64,000 bases of DNA from Eledone cirrhosa (GCA_964016885.1 OZ024741.1:95728001-95792000); one strand, 5' to 3'; shown: positions 40,173-54,222, numbered from the stretch's first letter. The notes: a model not told the origin generated them from the sequence alone. Translations and numbers: made by a program.

Positions 40173-43157
40173 ACTCATAGACAGGGCCCCGGTTACTGGA
40201 AGCTCAACTTGTCCTTGCCGGCAAGTAGAGCCTACAGGAATCGGATTAGTACGTTAGTTAAGGAACGGTTGACTGGAGCGATCGTCAACAGCAGGTGGTG
40301 GGTATCTCTAAAGAGAGAGATTAGAGTAGTCTCGATAGAATTTAGTAAGGTTCTAGCTGCGGATAGGAATAGGAAGGAAAGGGAGCTAATAGATAGAGTA
40401 GAAGAGGCAATTAGAAGCGGCGACGTGGCCAGAGTGCTAGCGTCGAGAACGGCTTTGAGCCAGTTTTTCGACGCGAAGCACGAAGGCTGCGTTGTCCGAA
40501 GTAAAATACGTGCTCTAGGGAACGAGGGGACCAAAGCTGTTAGCTGGGCCCGCGTGACAGAGGCCAACAGTGGAACTAAATCCACCATCCGGTCTTTGCG
40601 AGACCTGGATGGACGGGCGATTCTTGAGCCTAAGCAGATGTGTGAGGCCTTTCAAAGGCACTTTGCCCGACTGTTCGGGAGGGGCGGGGAGCCGGTTGGG
40701 AACGTGGACTTCGGTCCATACCTCGACGGCCTGCCGCGCCTCTCGGACAGGGAGGCGAAGTCCTGCGAGGAACCGATTTCGGCCGCTGAGATAGAGGACG
40801 TGCTGAGCCAATGCGGCAAACGCAAATCCCCGGGTCTCGATGGTCTTCCTTACGAATTATATCTAGCTATGCCGGACTTGTTCCCCGATCTCCTCGAGGC
40901 GGTCTACTGCAACTGGCAACAGAACGGGAGAATTCCCTGTACTGTGACCAAGGGAGTAGTCACGCTAGTGAGGAAGGACGAGAACAAGGGGGACGAAATA
41001 AGTAACTTCAGGCCCATAACTCTGCTAAATACAGAGTTACAGATTTTGGCCAAGGTGCTAGCAAAGAGGTTGGCGCTTGTCGTGGGCAACCTGGTGGGAG
41101 ATGCGCAGACATGCGCTATCCCGTCCAGGTCCATCCATGACAACCTCCACCTCATGCGATACATCATAGAGAGGGTTGGGAACGAACCCGGCTTTGGTGG
41201 GGCTCTGATCAACTTGGATCAATCTAAGGCGTTCGATAGGGTCGACCATGGTTACCTGGATGCGGTGCTAGCGGCGGCAGGCTTCGGACCCGTTTTCAGG
41301 GGCTGGATCACTGCTATGCACAGCAGCCGCATCTGCTCTAGGGTCAAGGTGAACGGCTACCTCTCGGAGCCGTTCAAAATCGCGCGGTCCATCCGACAAG
41401 GGTGCCCTCTCTCCTCCCTTCTGTATGTGTTGACTCTCGAGCCACTACTGCGGAAGTTGGAGTTGTTGCAGGGCATCCCTTTGGAACCGGGATTGCGGAA
41501 AGCGGTGTCGGCCTACGCCGATGACGTGACAGTAATGGTGTCGACGGCCTCCGAAATCGAGGCGGTCGGCATCTTACTGGAGGAGTACGAAAAGTTCACA
41601 GGGGCTAAGCTGAACCGGGACAAGTCGATCGGTTTGCAACTCGGCACGTGGAGGGGCAGACCGGTGCCCTCCGATGGCGTCGTCGGACGCTGGACGGAGG
41701 GCCCGGTGAAGTTGCTCGGGGTCTGGTTCGGACCGGACCTCCAGGTGGAGAAAAACTGGGCGGAGGTTACGAACAGGGTGTTTGCACTGACCCAGAAGTG
41801 GGCCAGTTGCAAACTATCCCTGAAAGGTCGGGCGGAGGTGGCGAACACCTACATAGCGTCCGTCATCTACTACCGCCTGACCGTAGTGCCCTGCCCAAGG
41901 GAAACCCTCACCAAGATGGAGCGCGCGCTCTTCCAATTCCTTTGGAAGAGGCGGGCTCCTATGGTGAGGAGATCCATCTGCTGTCAACACCCTTCGAAAG
42001 GAGGGCTGGGGATGCCGTGGCTAATGATGCGTAAACACGCATTAAGGCTACGGCACCTCTACGTATTCCTCACCGGACAACCGGTGTGGGCCTCGTTTGT
42101 GAGACGAACCTTTCGCAGACTCGTCTCACTCACCGAGCTGCAATCCTGGGTCAAGCAAAGACCGAGAAAAGTGGGCGCCTGGCACACTGAGTGTGCCCAG
42201 GCGCTCACCGCCCTCTGGCAGGCGGATCCGGTTATCAGTGGAGACTCCACCGCAACATTCTATAGAGGGCTGGTACGCAGCAGGTGCGACGACGCCCTCG
42301 GAGAAGCCCTAGACATGGAGGAGGACGAACTGGCCGGCCTGTTCGGTAGGACATTCAGCCCGGGACCTATGGACAACTTCCAGAAGTCCCTGGCCTGGCA
42401 GTGCTACCGAGGGCCTTTACCCGTTCGAGAAAGGCTCTACAGACACGGGCGCCCGGGTAGGGACCCCGCCAAAAAGATCTGTCCCAGATGCGTGTGCGAC
42501 GAGGAAACCGTTGCACACGCATTGGTACACTGCTCGGGCGTAGCCGATCTGTGGGGCTATGTCGAACAACTGCTGTCAAGGGTGGGACCGATCCGGTTGA
42601 CCACCGAGTCTATTGTAATGATCAAGCCGCCTCCCCCCTTCAAAGATGAAGCAGAGGCGGTGTTTCTGTGCGTAATAGCCATGGCGAAAGAGGTTGTATG
42701 GTGGACGCGTCTGAAAGGACTGAGGTCAGGCACCTTTCTCTCTGGCCAACAACTGGTCCGTTTCTTCCGTTATCATTTCGGAAGAAGGATCAGGATGGAG
42801 AGAGAGGTGCTGCACCCCAGCCGTTTCTATGAAAGATGGGTGAAAGTGGCGAGAATGGCCCGTGTGAATGGGCCTTCACTCTACATCAGACTATAGGTGA
42901 GGAAGATGAAAGACCAAGGGAGCACCCCTTCTCTGTGCTCCTGAGGAGAAGGGTTGCACACTTTTTTCGGGGGTGTGTGCGACCCCCCAAGGCGCCTCCT
43001 CTCTATTGAGGATTTTGTTAAAAATTTTATTTTTTGTTATATCTTATTTTATTTTTATATTTTGTTATTGCCTCCTCCTTATTGAGGACGCCTTTTTGTG
43101 TAAACTCCCCCTTTGTACTTGTCCCACTTTTGATTCCCTAGTGGCAAATAAAAGAAA
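40173..43157 (+). mobile_element. Tx1-clade copy D, 5'-truncated at the end of the endonuclease domain; RT and CCHC frame open
   Basis: Begins THRQGPGYWK right after (TATC)n at 40089-40172; QGCPLS and YADD intact; stop at 42896; 3'UTR ends AATAAAAGAAA then (CTAT)n. Confidence 0.94.
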
Positions 43158-43170
43158 CCTATCTATCTAC

Positions 43171-43240
<70 letters not shown>

Positions 43241-43259
43241 GTCTGTCTGTCTGTCTATC

Positions 43260-43505
43260 TAGGTTGAGGAAGACAAGCAGAGGGAAGACGGAACACCTAC
43301 AAAACGTGTTCCTGGTGTTGAGGGTTGTTCTATCCACGGGGTGTAAAACAACCCCGCAGTAACGTCCCCCCCTATTGGGGATTTCGATTGTTTATTTTAT
43401 ATATAGTTTATTGTTATTTATTATTGTTAAAAATTTTATGTAAAACCCCCGCCGTCACGTCTTGTAATGTCCCATTTTTGTACGCCCCTCTGGCAAATAA
43501 AGAAA
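43260..43505 (+). mobile_element. Tx1-clade 3'UTR-only copy D2
   Basis: Starts at the ORF2 stop (TAGGTTGAGG), carries the family 3'UTR motifs (GGGTTGTT..AACAACCC, CTATTGGGGA, TGTAAA, GGCAAATAAAGAAA), TATC on both sides; most similar to the copy G UTR. Confidence 0.85.
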
Positions 43506-43532
43506 GATATCTATCTATCTATCTATCTATCT

Positions 43533-44726
43533 CTATGGTGAGGAGATCCATCTGCTGTCAACACCCTTCGAAAGGAGGGCTGGGGATGCCGTGGCTAATG
43601 ATACGTAAACACGCATTAAGGCTACGGCACCTCCAGGTATTCCTCACCGGTCAACCGGTGTGGGCTCCGTTTGTGAGGCGAGCCTTTCCCAGACTCGTCT
43701 CACTCACCGAGCTGCAATCCTGGGTCAAGCAAAGACCGAGAAAACTAGGCGCCTGGCACACCGAGTGTGCCCAGGCGCTCACGCTCTCTGGCAGGCGGAC
43801 CCGACTGTCAGTGGAGAATCTACCCCGTCATTCTATAGAGGGCTGGTGGTTAGCAGGTGCGACGACGCCCTCGGAGAAGCCCTAGGCATGGAGGAAGACG
43901 AACTGGCCAACCTGTTCGGTAGGACATTCAGCCCGGGACCCATGGATAACTTCCAGAGGTCCCTGGCCTGGCAGTGCTACAGAAGGGCTCTGCTCGTTCG
44001 AGAATGGCTCTACAGACACGGGCGCCCGGGTAGGGACCCCTCGAAAAAGATCTGTCCCAGATGCGTGTGCGACGAGGAAACCGTTGCACACGCATTGGTA
44101 CACTGCTCGGGCATTGCTGATCTGTGGGGCTATGTCGAACAACTGCTGTCAAGGGTGGGACCGGTCCGGTTGACCACCGAGTCTATTGTAACGATCAAGC
44201 CGCCTCCCCTCTTCAAAAACGAAGGAGAGGCGGTGTTTCTTTGCGTAATAGCCATGGCGAAAGAGGTTGTATGGTGGACGCGTCTGAAAGGACTGAGGTC
44301 AGACACCTTTCTCTCTGGCCAACAACTGGTCCGTTTCTTCCGATATCATTTCGGAAGAAGGATCAGGATGGAGAAAGAGGTGCTGCACCTCAGCCGTTTT
44401 TATGAAAGATGGGTGAAAGTGGCGAGAATGGCCCGTGTGAATGGGCCTTCACTCTACATCAGACTATAGGTGAGGAAGATGAAAGACCAAGGGAGCACCC
44501 CTTCTCTGTGCTCCTGAGGAAAAGGGTTGCACACTTTTTCGGGGTGTGTGCGACCCCCAAGGCGCCTCCTCTCTATTGAGGATTTCGTTATATATTTTAT
44601 TCTGTTATATTTTATTTTATTTTTATATTTTGTTATTGCCTCCTCCTTATTGAGGACGTCTTATTTTGTAAACTCCCCCCATTGTACTTGTCCCACTTTT
44701 GATGCCCCGGTGGCAAATAAAAGAAA
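43533..44726 (+). mobile_element. Tx1-clade copy E, 5'-truncated with one frameshift
   Basis: MVRRSICCQHPSKGGLGMP...VNGPSLYIRL split across ORFs 43325-43885 and 43660-44469; 3'UTR of the D/F type. Confidence 0.92.
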
Positions 44727-44741
44727 CATATCTATTCTATC

Positions 44742-47700
44742 TCTGTCTGGGATGGACACGTGTTAAACTTGCTCGGTAAGTTTTGTTTAAATTTCCTTAG
44801 AAACTTTTAATTTTATACCAATTTGTAGAGGGACTGACAGATCAAATTTTGATCTGGTCAGTTCTCCAAAATATCCTGCTCCTCAGGGCAAAAACATCCA
44901 AAATATTTTTGCAAAACAGTACATTTAAAAAAAAAATGGCCGAAGCACCTACTTCTTTGCCAAAACAAGAAGATGGGAAGGGAAAGCCATGCCTACTTGA
45001 CCAGCAGGTAGTAGCAGACATGGACAAAGAAAGGCCAACATCATCGCCTCAACATCTAGCTGCTTGTAAGCAACTGAACACGCCTGACGTCACAAACGTC
45101 ACATGTATCCACACACAGAAGGATATATATGTAGTAAACACTTCCTTTCGTAAAGAAATGGAAATTTACACAACAAAAAATGAAAATAACAGCCCACAAC
45201 AGACACCAAAAAATACAGAAAATGAAAAAATTGAAAACACATCCAACAATACCAATCAAAAGGAAAAAAATGTCAACACAAACACCAAAGAAAATACAAA
45301 CAAAAGTAACAACAACAACAGCAAAATTTGTTTTGCTGATACCGTAAAAAAAAAACGGAAATATTTCAACTTTTGGATTTAACCAACACGAAACAAAAGT
45401 TGGAAGATGCTAAACAATATGTGACTTTTGGACCCAATGGGTCATTTAGCATAAATTCACCACAAGAACTAAGGAGAGAAAATGCCCTGAACACGGTGGT
45501 TTTCAGGACAATCTCAAATGCATAAAAAAAACCAGCTCAACTATCTCAGAGTGAGATTGAGCTAGTATTAAGGTACCACATGGATAACATTTTATTTATT
45601 CAGAAAGCCAAACTTTTCGGCAGCATCTCGGTGTTAATGAAAAACAACATAACAGCACAAAAATATTCCATCGCGCCCATTGTGTCCACCCATTTTACAT
45701 TTTTCCCTACATACATGGGAAAAAGAACGCAAAAAATAAAAATTACATGTATAAGACCCAAAGTAGATATTTGGTGGATACCTTATGGCCTAATTGACTT
45801 TGAACAAGACACTTTGATCTCAGTAGGAAAATCCTCCAGAGATATATTTAGTGGGACTAGCGTCGAAATTCTGGTGCAGATGAGCACAGAACGTATAATG
45901 AAAATCCCACAGAGAGTACCTCTGGATGGACAGACCTACATAAACATTTCGGTTGAGGGTAGGCGGTCCGCATGTTACCACTGCGCAAGCAGAGGTCACC
46001 TAAGGGCTGCCTGTCCTCAATTGACAAAAAAAACCCCACTTTTACCAACACCACAAATAACAACACAACCACCACCACCACCACCACGACAACAAGAAAA
46101 AACAACAGAGAACACTATTCCATCCAACCCCTCCCCACCCAAAACAAATACAAAAACACACACAGACACTACAGAACCCCAAAACATACCCCTACCCATC
46201 AACACGGATGAGGAACCCCTATCGACGGCACCCAGCGGCGATGAGGAGGAACCCTTCCAACCCGTGAAAAGAATAAAAAGAAAGAACCGCATGAACAAAA
46301 ACGAAACAAACACACAAACACCAGCACAAACAGCACAAAAATCACAAACAAAAGTTCCCCCTCCCGAAAACAAAACACCCACAACAAAGAGAAAACACAT
46401 GCAGGAACCACAGACAAAAACAAACACAACACAGGAAAAGTACACATACACTTACATAAACGAAAAAAATAGAACACTGATGGAGACCATCAGAAACAAC
46501 CCTTTGGTCAAAACCGAAGGGAAAACTTTGGATAGCTCCAACAAAAACAAAAAAATGAACCTAAAACTGATCAGGGTCCCTATAGGAACTTATAGATCCC
46601 TAAAAGAAACATTTGTAGAGGACGTGGGGAATTCCTGCGTGAAACCAATCAACCGCGTCCTCTACAAAGGCCTTCCCACCACAGGCACCCCCACCCAAGT
46701 CATCCCCACCCCACCAGACACCCCTTCCCCACCAAACACCTCCGTCCCCACCCCGCCAGAAACCCCCACACCACCCAACAACCCATCCCCCACCCTCATG
46801 GAAATTGTGCAGCCCGATACCCGGGACGCAGAGAGGTAAGTGCCTTTTCTCTTCACCACCAACATGGCTATGCTAAGAGTAGGCTGTTTAAATGCGCGTG
46901 GCCTGGGCTCAACTTGGAAGCAAGCAATGCTTCTAAATGACCTCAGGTCACAACGTATAGATGTGATGGTTATTTGCGAGGCCCGGATCAGCAACGTGCG
47001 ACAGCTGGCCCCCACCTTTGATAACATTGAGATGCACGCATCTCTCTGTCAGCCCGGAGATGGGGGTGGGGTTGTCGTTCTGCTGCAAAAACATCTGTGT
47101 CTCGCAACACAGATGGTACATTTGGACCCGGAGGGTCGACTAGTGGTTCTGGACCTTGGCAGTGGTGAAGGCGGAGCGTTTAGGTTGGTAGCCGCCTACG
47201 GCCCTTTCGGGTCAATGCGGCCAGACTTCTTCCATCGTCTGGAGACTTTTCTAGGGACCCCCGCTCCTTGCTATTAGTGGGGGACTGGAATGGTATCCTA
47301 GATGCACGCTGGGACTACGTAGGGGCCTGTCCCGATAGAGAGGGGTGTAATAGCCTCAAAGGGTTAATCGGTCGATTTGACCTGGCCGATAGATATCGAC
47401 TAGATTTTCCGACTGCGCCAACCTGGACTTGGGCAAATCGTAGCGGATCATCTAGGTCGTATCTAGATAGGTTCTTAGTTAGAATTAAGGATAAGGACTT
47501 TTTAAGTTGTCCAAAAATGCGCATGGTTGGCTATTCAGACCACAAGTTAGTGACCTGCATGGTCAACCTTGACAGAACGCAAAGACAGGGACCCGGTTAC
47601 TGGAAGCTCAACTTGTCCTTACCGGCAAGTAAGGCTTACAGGGACCGGATTAGCACTTTAGTTAAGGAGCGGTTGACGGGCGCCATCGTCAACAGCAGGT

Positions 47701-50472
47701 GGTGGGGATCTCTCAAAAGAGAGATTAAAGTAGTCTCTATAGAATTTAGTAAGGAGTTAGCCTCAAATAGAAATAGGAAGGAAAGGAAGATGGTAGATAG
47801 TGTAGAAGAGGAAATTAGAAGCGGCGACGTGGCCAGAGTGCTAGCGTCGAGAACGGCCCTGGGCCAGTTCTTCGACGCGAAACACGAAGGCTGCATCGTC
47901 CGAAGCAAAATACGTGCTCTGGGAAACGAGGGGACCAAAGCTGTTAGCTGGGCCCGTGTGACAGAAGCCAAAAGAGGGAGTAGATCCACTATCCGGTCTT
48001 TGCGAGACCAGGATGGACGGGTGATCCTTGAACCTAAGCAGATGTGCGAGGATTTTCAAAAGCACTTTGCCAGATTGTTCGGAAGGGGCGGGGAACCGGT
48101 TGGGGAAGTGGACTTCGCTCCATACCTCGACGGCCTGCCGCGTCTCTCGGACAGGGAGGCGAAGTCCTGCGAAGAGCCGATTTCAGCCGCTGAGATAGAG
48201 GACGTGCTGAGCCAATGCGGCAAACGCAAATCCCCGGGTCTCGATGGTCTTCCATACGAACTATATCTAGCTATGCCGGTCTTGTTCCCCTATCTCCTCG
48301 AGGCGGTCTACTGCAACTGGCAACAGAACGGGAGAATTCACTGTGCTGTGACCAAGGGCGTAGTCACGCTAGTGAGGAAGGACGAGAACAAGGGGGACGA
48401 TATAAATAATTTCAGGCCCATAACTCTGCTAAATACAGAGTTACAGATTTTGGCCAAGGTGCTAGCAAAGAGGCTGGCGCTTGTCGTGGGCAACCTGGTG
48501 GGAGATGCGCAGACATCTGTTCAACTTGGATCAATCTAAGGCGTTCGATAGGGTCGACCATGGTTACCTGGATGCGGTGCTAGCGGCGGTAGGCTTCGGA
48601 CCCGTTTTCAGGGGCTGGATCAATGCCATGCATAGCAGCCGCATCTGCTCTAGGGTCAAGGTCAACGGCTACCTCTCGGAGCCGTTCGAAATCGCGCGGT
48701 CCATCCGACAAGGGTGCCCTCTCTCCTTCCTTCTGTATGTAATGACTCTAGAGCCACTGCTGCGGAAGTTGGAGTTGTTGCAGGGCATCCCTTTGGAACC
48801 GGGATTGCGGAAAGCGGTGTCGGCCTACGCCGACGACGTAACAGTAATGGTGTCGACGGCCTCGGATATCGAGGCGATCGGCACCTTACTGGAGGAGTAC
48901 GAAAGGTTTACAGGGGCTAAGCTGAACCGGGACAAGTCGATCGGTCTGCAACTCGGCACGAGGAGGGGCAGATCGATGCCCTCCGATGGCGTCGTCGGGC
49001 GCTGGACGGAGGGCCCAGTAAAGTTGCTCGGGGTCTGGTTCGGACCAGACCTCCAGGTGGAGAAGAACTGGGGTGAGGTAACGAACAGGGTGTTTGCACT
49101 GACCCAGAAGTGGGCCAAGTGAAAACTGTCCCTGAAAGATCGGGCGGAGGTGGCGAACACTTATATAGCGTCCGTCATCTACTACCGCCTGACCGTTGTG
49201 CCTTGCCCAAGGGAAACGTTCGCCAGAATGGAGCGCGCACTCTTCCAATTCCTTTGGAAGAAGCAGGCTCCTATGGTGAGGAGATCCATCTGCTGTCAAC
49301 ACCCTTCGAAAGGAGGGCTGGGGATGCCGTGGCTAATGATACGTAAACACGCATTAAGGCTACGGCACCTCCAGGTATTCCTCACCGGTCAACCGGTGTG
49401 GGCCCCGTTTATGAGGCGAGCCTTTTCCAGACTCGTCTCACTCACCGAGCTGCAGTCCTGGGTCAAGCAAAGACCGAGAAAAGTGGGCGCCTAGCACACC
49501 GAGTGTGCCCAGGCGCCCACGGCTCTCTGGCAGGCTGACCCGGCTGTCAGTGGAGAATCCACCTCGTCATTCTATAGAGGGCTGGTGGTTAGCAGGTGCG
49601 ACGACGCCCTCGGAGAAGCCCTAGGCATGGAGGAAGATGAACTGGCCAACCTGTTCGGTAGGACATTCAGCCCGGGACCCATGGATAACTTCCAGAGGTC
49701 CCTGGCCTGGCAGTGCTACAGAAGGGCTCTGCCCGTTCGAGAAAGGCTCTACAGACACGGGCGTCCGGGTAGGGACCCCTCGAAAAAGATCTGTCCCAGA
49801 TGCGTGTGCGACGAGGAAACCGTTGCACACGCATTGGTACACTGCTCGGGCATTGCCGATCTGTGGGGCTATGTCGAACAACTGCTGTCAAGGGTGGGAC
49901 CGATCCGGTTGACCACCGAGTCTATTGTAACGATCAAGCCGCCTCCCCTCTTCAAAAATGAAGGAGAGGCGGTGTTTCTGTGCGTAATAGCCATGGCGAA
50001 AGAGGTTGTATGGTGGACGCGTCTGAAAGGACTGAGGTCAGACACCTTTCTCTCTGGCCAACAAGTGGTCCGTTTCTTCCGATATCATTTCGGAAGAAGG
50101 ATCAGGATGGAGAGAGAGGTGCAGCACCCCAGCCGTTTTTATGAAAGATGGGTGAAAGTGGCGAGAATGGCCCGTGTGAATGGGCCTTCACTCTACATCA
50201 GACTATAGGTGAGGAAGATGAAAGATCAAGGGAGCACCCCCTCTCTGTGCTCCTGAGGAGAAGGGTTGCACACTTTTTTCGGGGGGTGTGTGCGACCCCC
50301 CAAGGCGCCTCCTCCCCATTGAGGATTTTGTTATAAAATTTATTTTGTTATGTTGTATTTTATTTTTATATTTTGTTATTGCCTCCTCCTTATTGAGGAC
50401 GCCTTGTTATGTAAACTCCCGCCATTGTACTTGTCCCACTTTTTGATGCCCTGGTGGCAAATAAAAAGAAAA
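44742..50472 (+). mobile_element. Tx1-clade copy F, full-length but degenerate
   Basis: ORF1 from ATG 44936 (frameshift ~45350, stop ~45522, knuckle CYHCASRGHLRAAC, stop 46839). ORF2 runs from MAMLRVGCLNARG (~46864) to 50208 with a frameshift ~47265, a ~95 bp deletion at ~48517 (CAIPSRS...GGAL missing) and stops at 49120 and 49492. Confidence 0.93.
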
Positions 50473-53400
50473 TTATCTATCTATTTTTTCAAAGTAATCC
50501 ACACAATACAATACTCCTGTGATGCCACATATAAATCATGAACTCAGAGAGACCGAACTTTACCCCCCCCCCCCTCCCAGGTCTCGCAAATAAACAGAAA
50601 AAGCAGAAATGGACACAAAAGAAGAATATATTCCTATACCACATGCATAATATTTAGCTACATTATACTCCCCCCCATCACAGGAAACAATAACAATATT
50701 TGACCCTGATCTGAATGTAACTTTCGATCAGACTTGTTAACTTAAGAAAACACATTCCCAAAACCCAAAAGGTTTCTAGAAATTGAATTATAACATTCAA
50801 AGATATAAGGGAAACAGTTAAAAAAACAATAAAGATGAAAATAATGAGAACGAAAGAAAATCCCCAGACATTCTTAATATGTGCTAAATAAAGTAAATAA
50901 TAAAATGCACAAATCCGACTCTAAAACAGCGAGAGAAAGCTGAGTAACCAAAACCAAACCAAAACATGAATAAAAGACGATCATTATGTTAAAATACGAA
51001 GGCAAAGTTAAACTACAAAGTTTTAGAAATAAATGCAAGTGTCTTTTGTGGTTATGAAAACGGAAAAGGAAGGGAAAGGCAATGGCTCTATGGTCACAGA
51101 AGAATGGGAGGAGGAATGAGGAGGGTGATGGGCTCTAGGCCTAGGGTGCGGCGGTTTTGGGACTGCACCCCGCGAATAAAACCGCCAACCAAAGCATTAT
51201 CGCGGACAATGGCCAGCGAGACCCGCTTCACAGTCATCCCACCTCACGATGCTCCTTCCTCAGATGGGCTGCTGACGTTCCGGTCGTGTGGAGGAGCTCG
51301 GCAGTACGGGGTCCAAGTACGCTCGAGGTCTCGACGGCGACCGGTGCGAAGAAACGCCGTAATACATGTGACAGTCATTGTACTTCCAAAGGAAAGTGGG
51401 TATACCATAAATATCAAAACAAGCGAACAACATGAAAAATGAATGTGCAACAATTTAGGGGGGATGGAAATGAATTATATAGATTCCAGTACTTGTCTTT
51501 TAATTTATATTATCTACCCCGGAGGATGAAAGGCAAAAATGATCTCATGGCGATTTCGACTCAAAATTTAAAAGGACGGAAAAATACTGCAAAGCATTTG
51601 TCTGACATTATAGCGACGTTAAAAGCCAAATGACAAAAACATCAACAGTTATTACATTACAGACTAATGAAACCCTTTGTCAATATAACAGTGGTTTCGC
51701 TGTTCACCACGTCGGTGAGTCACTCAAGCTGTATGATAACAAGAGAGCCTCAACGCGGACATTCCATCTATTAGAAATAACTCTTCAAATTTAACCTTAC
51801 TGTTTTATAAACGGAATAACAGATTGCATAATCCGTGCCTCATAATTAGACATGAGCCCATGGAGCAGCATCTGGAATCTTGTTCTCCTGGGTGCAGGCC
51901 CAGGCAAGGTTATTTTGTGTCACCCACACATGCAAGTCTCTCCACTCAATCTCAATGCTACACATGTTATTCAAAGGAAAAAAACAAGAGTCGATAGAGC
52001 TTGATACCAGTGATATCACAGGAAAACTCAGTACAGAAACGGTCTAAAGAGATACTTAATGATTGATGTTCTAGCAATTCCGCCAACCCACCACCCTGCA
52101 CCGGTATTTACTTAATTTAACAACTCAAAAAAAATAGAAGTCATAGTTAACCTCAGCGGAATTTGAACAAACATCGCAAGGCAGTTAACCCAATGCTCTA
52201 TCGACTATACCAATTCATTGTCTTTGCATAATATAGTACTAAACGGAGAAAATGCTACCTGCATTAGTCCGTTCTTTAAATGCTGTTAGCCTATAAGTTG
52301 TGGTTTTGTAGTTTTCAGGAAAGTGCATCTAAAACACAAATGACGGTGATGTAATGAAATAGCTTTACCGAGAAGTGGCAGCTGTGATTACCTGCAATTT
52401 TTTCTATAATAATTTGAAATACAGTAGAAATATCTCTAGTTATATAACCGCTAAATGGGTTTGAGCTGATAGAAATCAGGTTTGTATTTCTACTAATCAT
52501 TCCTTAAAAAGGACACATCGCTGGAACACCTTTAGTCACATATCTGCTCGATTCAGGTTGACATGAAATCAAGCAACAGCAGCAACAACAGTAAAAATAA
52601 CAACAGCGACGATGACGACTTTAACAATTTCAGATATAACGATTTCATCAGTGTAGTGTGGTATCTTTGTACAGCTCAGTAGACATTGTGTTTAAAATTT
52701 ACGTCTTCACCGCTGGCATAACATAGTACTGGTGGTTGTGTCTCATTATTCTTAAATGGTTTAGGTAAAGAAAGAAGGGCAGTACTCCTGAATTCTTTTC
52801 AAACCCTCCAAGACTGGGGATGAGGAATTTATCCTTAGAACTGAGATTTAGCCCGGATAATTGAAAAAGAGTGAAATCTGGTAAAAGAGCCAGATGGGGT
52901 TATTAAACTGGATAACAGATTAAATCCTCCCTATTCATCAAAGTAGGAACTCTTTTTGACAGAATTCCACAGTTTCCATCAATCAAATTTAGTTCACACA
53001 GTTCTGGTCTATACGGGGCTAACGTACGATACCCTTGCACAAAGAACTGTGCAGTGTGAACAGTCCTGAAACTACGTCGTTCTGAAACGAATTTCTTACC
53101 TAGACAGTCATGCCTGCACCATCAATTGAGCTGTAGACTTGGTGGAAACCTAAGAAAGTAAAGTGTTCATTAATCTTCAAAGTTCAACTTGAATTAGAAT
53201 TAGAAAAAAGTTTTAATTTAAAACTTTGATACATTTAAATATTGCTATTTCGTTTTAGTTTGGCTTCAGGTAACATTCAGAATAAATTTACTGGATTGGA
53301 AAATTAGACAAAATCCACATTAATAACTTATTAACAAACACACACACACATAAGCATAAAAACACTTCCACATAAAACCCACACAATACACACACACACA

Positions 53401-53534
53401 CGCGCGCATACACATACACATTCATATGCAATCACATACATAAACGTTTACAAATATGCACATTTACAAAAATACGATAATTGAACGAAAGTTATTAGAG
53501 AGCTAAGTGGGTTTACAGACAGATAGGTAGGTAT

Positions 53535-53597
<63 letters not shown>

Positions 53598-53671
53598 ATA
53601 CACACGTAATATATATCATTTAGTGTAACATCCGTTATGATTTGCGCCTAGAGTATCTACAGTCATCGAAA

Positions 53672-53721
<50 letters not shown>

Positions 53722-53725
53722 TATA

Positions 53726-53792
<67 letters not shown>

Positions 53793-53801
53793 ATGAATAT
53801 A

Positions 53802-53902
<101 letters not shown>

Positions 53903-53972
53903 TATATATATATATATTATATATATATATATTCATATATATATATATATTATATATATATATATGAATATA

Positions 53973-54039
<67 letters not shown>

Positions 54040-54122
54040 CAAAAACGCTTCGTAATGACTGCAGCGAAAATGATAACTCAATAACATACTATATATATGT
54101 ATATATATAATGACAAATCAAT

Positions 54123-54222
<100 letters not shown>

